DNA from: an uncultured Bacteroidota bacterium
Lineage (GTDB): Bacteria > Bacteroidota > Bacteroidia > Flavobacteriales > Flavobacteriaceae
NCBI GenBank assembly: GCA_902583445.1
Contig: CACHVZ010000002.1
Coordinates: forward strand, 82,191 to 146,190
DNA length: 64,000 nt
Direction: 5' to 3'
In this document: positions 8,060 through 15,029 of the stretch, piece after piece
How positions within the stretch are numbered: position 1 is the first letter of the stretch
Layout of the letters: each line of letters opens with the position of its first letter
Notes under the pieces: model-generated
Databases searched by the model: none
What the model was told of the DNA's origin: nothing
What the model saw: only the letters and a program-made list of their open reading frames with translations
Made by a program: the position numbers and the translations under genes

Positions 8060-9991
8060 TTGATTAGTAAAGAGACTATTGAGAAAGTTTTTGAATATGC
8101 TAGAGTTGAAGAAGTTATATCTGATTTTATAGCTTTAAAAAAAACTGGTGCTAATTTCAAAGGTTTAAGTCCTTTTACTAATGAAAAAACACCAAGTTTT
8201 ATTGTTTCTCCATCAAAACAGATTTGGAAAGATTTTAGTTCTGGTAAAGGAGGTAATGTAATTGCCTTTCTTATGGAGCATGAGCAATTTAACTATCCAG
8301 AATCAATTCGATACCTAGCTAATAAATATAATATTGAAATAATAGAGACAACCAATAAATCTGAAAATGTTGAAGAAAGAAATGTAAGAGAATCTTTGTT
8401 TATTATTAACTCATATGCTCAAGAGTTTTTTCAAAATATTTTGTCTAAGGAAGATAATACTAGAGACTATTTGATAGATAGGGGTCTTTCAGATTCAACC
8501 ATTGAAAACTTTAGTATTGGGTTCAGCCCTGATTTAAAAAATAGTTTTTACAAAAATGCATCAGAAAATGGTTTCACTAAGGATTATTTAAATGAGACGG
8601 GTTTGGTTATATCAAATGAAGATACTCATTTTGATAGATTTAGGGGGAGAATAATGTTTCCAATTAAAAGTATTTCTGGTAGGATACTCGGATTTGGAGG
8701 TAGAATAATTAATTCAAATAAAAAAATTGCAAAATATATAAACTCTCCAGAAAGTAAAATCTACAATAAAAGTAAAACTCTATATGGTATATATGAATCT
8801 AAGCAGTTTATTGTTAAAGATGATGTGTGTTATTTAGTTGAAGGCTATATGGATGTTGTCCAATTACATGAACATGGAATAAAAAATGTTTTAGCATCAT
8901 CTGGAACATCTCTAACCAAAGATCAAATAATTCTTATTAAAAGACTAACATCAAACATTGTAATTCTTTTTGATGGAGACGAAGCAGGTCTATCAGCATC
9001 ATTAAGAAGTATTGATATGATTTTAGAAGAAGGTTTAAATGTAAGAATATGTCCATTCCCTGATGGAGAAGATCCTGATAGCTTCGTTAAAAAAAATAAA
9101 CGTGATAAAATGGTTGCTTACATTAATGAACAATCAAAGGATTTAATAGATTTTATATTAAGTATTAATAAAGAATATGAAAATGATGAAGATAAAAAAG
9201 TTGCTCTAATTAAAAGTATTCTTAAATCAATCTCTCTAATTCCAGACTCTCTTAAACAAGAAGTTTATATTAAGAAACTTTCTTCTGTATTGTCTATAGA
9301 TGAGTCATCTCTTTTTAGATCTTTTTCAACTATTGAAACTGGTAAAAAAATACAAAAAGCAAAAACCCGAAATTATTCTAGAAATAATGTGCTAAAGGTT
9401 GAGACTTCAAAAAAGGAAAATACAAGTGAGTATATATATCAATTAGAAAGGCAAATTATTAGTATTCTATTAAAATATGGAGCTGAAGAAATACTTTTTG
9501 AAGATATAATTTTAAACAAAAATGAGAAAGGAGATATTGTTGAAAGTAAAAAACAAATTAGGTCTAAAGTATTTGAAAAAATATATTTAGATCTGCAACA
9601 GGATGAGATAGAATTTACTCATGGACCATTTAAAGAAATATATAATAAGCTTATAAATAGCTTACATAATCAAAAGTTGGTTTCAATAGATAGTTTCATA
9701 AATGATCTTGAACCTAATTCAAGCAAAATAGTTTCAGATATTTTAATAAATGATGAAAAGTATCAGCTCCATGATTGGGAGAAAAAAAACATTTATGTAA
9801 AAAAAATTGGCAGTGAATTAAGTCAATTAGTTAATGAAACTATATTAAACATGAGGAGATATTTGATCGATAAAAAGATCACTGAACTTCAAGATAATAG
9901 CAAAGATGATAAGGATGAAGTCTTAGAAGAGGTTATGAGTTATTACAGCCTAAAGAAACTATTATCTGCAAAACTTAATAGGGTTGTTTAA
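8060..9991 (+). CDS. dnaG: DNA primase
   Basis: 643 aa. The N-terminal zf-CHC2-like domain has substituted ligands (see findings). TOPRIM motifs EGYMDV and DGDEAG are present. TTG start followed by the ISKETIEK N-terminus. Confidence 0.9.
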   Translation: MISKETIEKVFEYARVEEVISDFIALKKTGANFKGLSPFTNEKTPSFIVSPSKQIWKDFSSGKGGNVIAFLMEHEQFNYPESIRYLANKYNIEIIETTNKSENVEERNVRESLFIINSYAQEFFQNILSKEDNTRDYLIDRGLSDSTIENFSIGFSPDLKNSFYKNASENGFTKDYLNETGLVISNEDTHFDRFRGRIMFPIKSISGRILGFGGRIINSNKKIAKYINSPESKIYNKSKTLYGIYESKQFIVKDDVCYLVEGYMDVVQLHEHGIKNVLASSGTSLTKDQIILIKRLTSNIVILFDGDEAGLSASLRSIDMILEEGLNVRICPFPDGEDPDSFVKKNKRDKMVAYINEQSKDLIDFILSINKEYENDEDKKVALIKSILKSISLIPDSLKQEVYIKKLSSVLSIDESSLFRSFSTIETGKKIQKAKTRNYSRNNVLKVETSKKENTSEYIYQLERQIISILLKYGAEEILFEDIILNKNEKGDIVESKKQIRSKVFEKIYLDLQQDEIEFTHGPFKEIYNKLINSLHNQKLVSIDSFINDLEPNSSKIVSDILINDEKYQLHDWEKKNIYVKKIGSELSQLVNETILNMRRYLIDKKITELQDNSKDDKDEVLEEVMSYYSLKKLLSAKLNRVV

Positions 9992-10619
9992 TATGCTCTC
10001 TTGCTAAAACAAATAAGTCTGTTTTTGAATTAACCTCTAACTTCCTCATTATTCTTGTAATATAAGTGTTAACTGTTTTTTGATTTATGTTCAGTTTTTT
10101 AGAAATCTCTACATTTCTTTTACCTCTAAAGAATAATTTAAGAACCTGAAGTTCTCTTTTTGAAAGACTATTAATTTTTTCTGTATTATAATCAAAGTTG
10201 AATCGATTTTTAAGTCTAGTAAATTTATTTAATTCATCAGATCTATATCTTGAAAATGCAATTTCTTGAAGTATATGTCTAATAGTTCTTTTCTTTAAGT
10301 TTTTTGTTAAAAATCCTGAGGCACCTTTTTTTAAGAATTTTAATGATTTGTTTTCATTTGAAGGAGATGTAAAAATTACAACTGGAATATCAATTTTATT
10401 TTTTTTTAGAACCTTAAAAATATCTAATACAGAGGTTTTATTTAGATTAATTTCAGAAATAATAAAATCTATTTTCTCCTCAGTGATAGTTTCTATAAGT
10501 AGATCTTTGTTGTCTGAATAAGCGCATACTTCAAATATCATAGAGTTTTTAAAAATAGATTTTAAACCAATATGAATAATTGGGTTACAATCAAGTACTA
10601 AGATTTTTAATTTTTTCAA
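9975..10619 (-). CDS. Response regulator, receiver plus LuxR/GerE HTH, with an atypical receiver
   Basis: 214 aa with a CheY-like fold (ILVLDCNP ... DFIISEINL ... VVIFTS ... GASGFLTK) and a C-terminal HTH (LSKRELQVL ... NTYITRIMRKL). Confidence 0.75.
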   Translation of the reverse strand: MKKLKILVLDCNPIIHIGLKSIFKNSMIFEVCAYSDNKDLLIETITEEKIDFIISEINLNKTSVLDIFKVLKKNKIDIPVVIFTSPSNENKSLKFLKKGASGFLTKNLKKRTIRHILQEIAFSRYRSDELNKFTRLKNRFNFDYNTEKINSLSKRELQVLKLFFRGKRNVEISKKLNINQKTVNTYITRIMRKLEVNSKTDLFVLAREHIKQPY

Positions 10620-10622
10620 AAC

Positions 10623-11405
10623 TTATAGATAGTCTTTTGGTATTTTACATACTGGAATAGGGTCCATTTTATGCTTATTTGCAGTGTTGAATGACTTATA
10701 TATTTCAAGAACCTTTTTTTCTCTTTGAGATAAATTTTCATTTTTATTAAAATTGATCATTGCGGTTTCAATTTCTTCATAAGATGCACCAATCTGATCT
10801 TCATCACTTCTGTTGTCATTCCATAGTCCGTCATTTGGTTCTGCTTCAATAATCTCATCAATGATTTTATGAAATTTAGCTAAACTAAATACCTCTGATT
10901 TTAATAAATCAGCAATCGGGCTTATATCAACACCCCCATCACCATATTTTGTATAGAAACCTATTCCAAAATCTTCAACCCTGTTTCCTGTTCCAGCAAC
11001 AATATAATCATTTAAGGCAGAAAAATAATATAGTGTAACCATTCTAAGTCTAGATCTTGTGTTAGCTAAACTAAGTTCATGTTTGTCTGAGCTATTATTA
11101 GGTATAGAACTGAGAAAAGATTCAAATGTTTTATTTAATTCTATTTGTATTGAAGTAACATTTGTATACTTAGATTTTAACCAATCTATATGCTTTTTAG
11201 ACCTTGAAACTTGTTCTTTATTTTGATAAATTGGCATTTCCAGACACAGTACATTTTGCCCAGTTTCAGCAGAGAGAGTTGAGGTCAGTGCTGAGTCAAC
11301 TCCTCCTGATACACCTACAACTATGCCTTTAACTCCAGATTTATTAATATAATTATCAATCCAGCTAACAATATGTTCAGAAACTTTTTTGGGGTATTTC
11401 ATCAA
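10623..11405 (-). CDS. nadE: NH3-dependent NAD+ synthetase
   Basis: 260 aa with PP-loop SGGVDS. The ORF begins with TTG-ATG, so the ATG at 11402 is the more likely start. Confidence 0.85.
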   Translation of the reverse strand: MMKYPKKVSEHIVSWIDNYINKSGVKGIVVGVSGGVDSALTSTLSAETGQNVLCLEMPIYQNKEQVSRSKKHIDWLKSKYTNVTSIQIELNKTFESFLSSIPNNSSDKHELSLANTRSRLRMVTLYYFSALNDYIVAGTGNRVEDFGIGFYTKYGDGGVDISPIADLLKSEVFSLAKFHKIIDEIIEAEPNDGLWNDNRSDEDQIGASYEEIETAMINFNKNENLSQREKKVLEIYKSFNTANKHKMDPIPVCKIPKDYL

Positions 11406-11417
11406 ATGGTATTTACT

Positions 11418-11425
11418 TATATTTG
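11418..11425 (+). promoter_or_regulatory. Candidate -7 promoter box for gldC
   Basis: TATATTTG, 27 nt upstream of the ATG. Confidence 0.4.
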
Positions 11426-11427
11426 TG

Positions 11428-11435
11428 CAAATTTA
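11428..11435 (-). promoter_or_regulatory. Candidate -7 promoter box for nadE
   Basis: The reverse strand reads TAAATTTG, 25 nt upstream of the ATG at 11402. It lies back-to-back with the gldC box. Confidence 0.35.
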
Positions 11436-11452
11436 GTACATAATAAATTTAA

Positions 11453-11782
11453 ATGAAAGAAACAGTAATAACAATTAAAGTAAAATTAGATCAAAATAAA
11501 ATTCCAGAAGAAATAATGTGGTCTGCACCTGATGGTGGAATGAAAGATCAGCTTTCAAAAGCAATATTTCTTTCATTTTGGGATAGTAAACAAAAAGAAA
11601 CTTTAAAAATGGATCTGTGGACAAAAGAAATGCCAATTGATGAAATGAAAACTTTTATGCTTCAAACAATTCAATCAATGAATCAGACTATTTCAAAAGC
11701 AACAGGTAATGAGGATTTAATAAAAATTATTGATGAATTTTCTCAAAAATTTGAAAGCACAATTAATCAAGATACTAAATAG
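11453..11782 (+). CDS. gldC: Gliding-motility-associated protein GldC
   Basis: 109 aa. The pattern ...IKVKLDQNKIPEEIMWSAPDGG...WDSKQKETLKMDLWTKEMPIDEMKTF... matches my recollection of Flavobacterium johnsoniae GldC in size and motif order. Confidence 0.6.
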   Translation: MKETVITIKVKLDQNKIPEEIMWSAPDGGMKDQLSKAIFLSFWDSKQKETLKMDLWTKEMPIDEMKTFMLQTIQSMNQTISKATGNEDLIKIIDEFSQKFESTINQDTK

Positions 11783-12383
11783 TATATTTTTTAATTGATT
11801 GATTCATGAACCCTAAGATCTCATCTACACCTTCACTATTCCATGCTGAAGTAACAAAAGTATCAGGTAAATCCTCCCAATAACTTTGTAGTGAATTTTT
11901 ATAAAGTTTAATTTTTTCACTTACTAAATCTGATTTAATTTTATCAGATTTTGTAAAAACAATAACAAAAGGACACATCATGCTATTAAGATATTTCATG
12001 AATTCAAGATCAATCTTTTGGTGCTCGTGTCTAATATCAATTAATAGAAAGGTAAATAGGAGTTGTTTCCGGGTTTTAAAATAACTTTCGTGAATTATTT
12101 TAATTTCTTTAATTATTTGTTTTGAAGTGTTTGCATATCCATATCCAGGAAGGTCCACTAAGTAAAATTTATCATTAATCTTAAAATGATTAATTAAAAG
12201 AGTTTTTCCAGGTTTTGAAGATGTTTTTGCAATTGATTTTTTATTTAGTAATGTGTTGATCAACGAGGACTTTCCAACATTGGATCTTCCAACTAGTGCA
12301 AATTCAGGTAAATTTCCTTTTGGACATTCACTAATTTTACTACTGCTTTTTTCAAATACTGACTTAATAATTTTCATAATCAA
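11775..12383 (-). CDS. engB: Ribosome-biogenesis GTPase EngB/YihA
   Basis: 202 aa with GRSNVGKSSLIN, DLPGYGY and TKSD. Confidence 0.85.
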   Translation of the reverse strand: MIMKIIKSVFEKSSSKISECPKGNLPEFALVGRSNVGKSSLINTLLNKKSIAKTSSKPGKTLLINHFKINDKFYLVDLPGYGYANTSKQIIKEIKIIHESYFKTRKQLLFTFLLIDIRHEHQKIDLEFMKYLNSMMCPFVIVFTKSDKIKSDLVSEKIKLYKNSLQSYWEDLPDTFVTSAWNSEGVDEILGFMNQSIKKYTI

Positions 12384-12388
12384 AAAGA

Positions 12389-13156
12389 TTATAAGTTATT
12401 TTTAGAAAGCCAATCTTCCATAATTTTATTGAAGTCATTAGGGTGTTCCATCATTGGAGCATGTCCACATTTGTCTATCCAAGATAAATCTGAATTTGGA
12501 AGAAGTTTATTAAAATCATCTGCAACATTAGGTGGTGTTACAGAATCTTGTTTACCCCAAATAATTAAAGTCTTAGTATTCATTTTTGGAAGATCTTTTG
12601 CCATATTATGTCTTGTTGCACTTTTTGCAAGCGATAAAGTTCTTATTAATTTTTCTCTATCATTAACACTGGCATAGACATCCTCAACAATTTCTTTTGT
12701 TGCGATCTTTGGGTCATAAAAAACCTCCTCAGTTTTAGTTTTTATATATTCATAATTCCCCCTTTTTGGATATCCATCACCAATCATAGACTTTTCATAT
12801 AATCCTGAGCTACCAGTTATAATTAGGCCGCTTAGAAGTTCAGGATAATCTCTTGCAAATAATAACGCTACATGGCCTCCTAGTGAATTACCTAATAAGA
12901 CTACATCTTTAAAGTTTTTATATTTAATAAAATCAAAAACAAATTTTGAGAAAGTCGCAACATTTGTTTTTAATATGGGAGTAGAATCAACGGGAAGTTC
13001 AGGAATTATAACCTTATGTTTTGGACTGGGAAAATAGTCATAAACTCCTTTAAAATTACTTAGGCCTCCCATAAGACCATGCAGAATTATAATAGGTCTT
13101 CCATCACCATTTTCAATGTAGTTAAAGCCACCTTCGTTAATTAATTCTGTCTCCAT
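12389..13156 (-). CDS. Alpha/beta-fold hydrolase
   Basis: 255 aa with HGLMGG, the nucleophile elbow GNSLGG, and C-terminal CGH. Confidence 0.7.
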   Translation of the reverse strand: METELINEGGFNYIENGDGRPIIILHGLMGGLSNFKGVYDYFPSPKHKVIIPELPVDSTPILKTNVATFSKFVFDFIKYKNFKDVVLLGNSLGGHVALLFARDYPELLSGLIITGSSGLYEKSMIGDGYPKRGNYEYIKTKTEEVFYDPKIATKEIVEDVYASVNDREKLIRTLSLAKSATRHNMAKDLPKMNTKTLIIWGKQDSVTPPNVADDFNKLLPNSDLSWIDKCGHAPMMEHPNDFNKIMEDWLSKNNL

Positions 13157-13219
13157 TTATAAATATGTATTTAAACTTTTTCAACTAAATAATTAATCAA
13201 AAAATTCAAGGATCTAGCA

Positions 13220-13227
13220 CAAATATA
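13220..13227 (-). promoter_or_regulatory. Candidate -7 promoter box for the hydrolase/engB unit
   Basis: The reverse strand reads TATATTTG, 63 nt upstream of the ATG at 13156. Confidence 0.3.
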
Positions 13228-13309
13228 TACATAAAGAATAACCTTTTTTTTTGACATCTTAATTAATTGTAAATCAGTTTATTAAATGAAAAAAAATTAA
13301 ATTATTAAC

Positions 13310-13340
13310 AAAGTGGTAAAAAGTGGTAAAAAGTGGTAAA
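13310..13340 (+). promoter_or_regulatory. MraZ operator: three direct 10-bp repeats of AAAGTGGTAA
   Basis: AAAGTGG occurs at 13310, 13320 and 13330 with exact 10-bp periodicity. The repeats lie immediately upstream of the mraZ -7 box. Confidence 0.65.
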
Positions 13341-13347
13341 ATAATTT

Positions 13348-13355
13348 TATATTTG
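13348..13355 (+). promoter_or_regulatory. Candidate -7 promoter box of the dcw (mraZ) promoter
   Basis: TATATTTG, 17 nt upstream of the mraZ ATG. Confidence 0.5.
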
Positions 13356-13372
13356 AGTAAATTAACCAATTA

Positions 13373-13828
13373 ATGCAACACTTTGTTGGAACATATGAAT
13401 GTAAAGCAGATGATAAAGGAAGAATCATGCTTCCTATATCACTAAAAAAACAGTTATCTGATAAACTTAAAAATGGTTTTGTAATAAAGAGAGCTGTATT
13501 TAACAAGTGTTTAGAGCTTTATCCTTTGAAAGAATGGGATAGCTTAATGGAAAGAATAAATAAGCTAAACAGGTTTAATAAGAAAAATATAGATTTCATT
13601 AGAAGATTTACAGCTGGTGTTAGACAGATTGATATAGATATTTCTGGAAGAATTTTAATACCTAAGGATTTAATAAATAATGCAAAAATTAAAAAGGAAG
13701 TAGTTGTATCCTCTGCAGTAAATATTCTTGAAATATGGGATAAAACATATTATGAAAATGCTATTGATGATGCAAAATTTGATTTTGGAAGTCTAGCAGA
13801 AGAAGTAATGGGAGATAAAGATGAATAA
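13373..13828 (+). CDS. mraZ: Transcriptional regulator MraZ
   Basis: 151 aa with the duplicated DxxGR motif (DDKGRIMLP and DISGRILIP). Confidence 0.9.
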   Translation: MQHFVGTYECKADDKGRIMLPISLKKQLSDKLKNGFVIKRAVFNKCLELYPLKEWDSLMERINKLNRFNKKNIDFIRRFTAGVRQIDIDISGRILIPKDLINNAKIKKEVVVSSAVNILEIWDKTYYENAIDDAKFDFGSLAEEVMGDKDE

Positions 13829-14723
13829 TACATATCATGTTCCGGTTTTATTGAAAGAGTCTATAAATGGACTAAATATTTTACCCAGTGGAGTATATGT
13901 TGATGCAACTTTTGGAGGTGGAGGTCATACTAAAGAAATTCTAAATCATCTTAACTCATCTGGAAAGGTTATAGCATTTGATCAAGATGCTGATGCAATT
14001 GAAAATCAAATTTATGATAACCGCCTTAAGCTCATAAAATCAAATTTTAAACACTTAACTAACCATCTTAAATACCTACAAATTAATAAAATAGATGGTC
14101 TTCTTGCTGATTTCGGAATTTCATCATATCAAATTGATACTCAAATGAGAGGATTTTCTATAAGATTTGACTCAGATCTTGATATGAGAATGAATAAGGA
14201 TCAAAAAAAGGATGCAAAACATATATTAAATAAATATAGTAGCGATGACTTAAATTATATATTCAAAAATTTTGGTGAGCTTAAAAATTATAAAAAAGTT
14301 ACTCAAATAATTATAAGTCAAAGGTCAAAACAAAAAATTGTTACAACTGGTGATCTAATAAAAATATTAAAGCCAATATCCCCTCCAAAGAATAATAACA
14401 AGTTTCTAGCTAAAATTTTTCAAGCCATAAGAATTGAAGTTAACGATGAACTCTCAGTAATTAAAAAATTACTCGAGGCTTCATCACAATACTTAAATAA
14501 AGGAGGAAGGCTGGTTTGTATTTCATATCATTCCCTAGAAGACAGACTAGTTAAAAGATATATTCAAAATGGAAGTTTTAATGAACAAGTAGAAAGTGAT
14601 ATTTATGGAAATAAAAACAACAGTTTTAAGAAGATTGGTAAAATAGTTACCCCATCTGAAGATGAATTAAATAAAAATAAAAGATCAAGAAGTGCTAAGC
14701 TCAGAATTGCTGAAAAAATATGA
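13821..14723 (+). CDS. rsmH: 16S rRNA (cytosine1402-N4)-methyltransferase
   Basis: 300 aa with YHVPVLL and DATFGGGGH. Confidence 0.9.
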   Translation: MNNTYHVPVLLKESINGLNILPSGVYVDATFGGGGHTKEILNHLNSSGKVIAFDQDADAIENQIYDNRLKLIKSNFKHLTNHLKYLQINKIDGLLADFGISSYQIDTQMRGFSIRFDSDLDMRMNKDQKKDAKHILNKYSSDDLNYIFKNFGELKNYKKVTQIIISQRSKQKIVTTGDLIKILKPISPPKNNNKFLAKIFQAIRIEVNDELSVIKKLLEASSQYLNKGGRLVCISYHSLEDRLVKRYIQNGSFNEQVESDIYGNKNNSFKKIGKIVTPSEDELNKNKRSRSAKLRIAEKI

Positions 14724-15028
14724 AAAATTTTCTATCGTTTATAAATATTGATTTTCTAGCAGGTAAAGACTCTAGAAAAAATTGGAGAATGTTAATGTTT
14801 ATTTCTTTTTTAATTATGACGACTATTTACAGTAGTCACAGTGCTGATCAAAAGGTCTTTAAAATATCTGAGTTAAATAAAGAGGTAAATACCTTAAACA
14901 ATATATCAGTGTCAACTAAAATAGAATTAATGAATGTGAAAATGGAGTCCAAGGTAACGTCTAAATTGAATGAACAAGGTTTCTATCCATCTAACAATCC
15001 ACCAGTAAAAATTATCATAAGAGACTAG
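14720..15028 (+). CDS. ftsL: FtsL-like cell division protein
   Basis: 102 aa with a single TM segment followed by a coiled-coil-like region. It sits in the conserved slot between rsmH and ftsI. Confidence 0.5.
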   Translation: MKNFLSFINIDFLAGKDSRKNWRMLMFISFLIMTTIYSSHSADQKVFKISELNKEVNTLNNISVSTKIELMNVKMESKVTSKLNEQGFYPSNNPPVKIIIRD

Positions 15029-15029
15029 T

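Noticed and set aside
13310-13340. Possibility that the 3 x 10-bp direct repeat is a mini CRISPR or satellite
   Set aside because: The units are contiguous with no spacers, there are only three of them, and they sit exactly at the mraZ promoter. The MraZ operator explanation is sufficient.
12429-13506. ORFs 12429..12677 (+) and 13297..13506 (-)
   Set aside because: The first is antisense to the alpha/beta hydrolase. The second is antisense to mraZ and runs across the MraZ operator and promoter. Neither has a recognisable motif, so both are treated as shadow ORFs.
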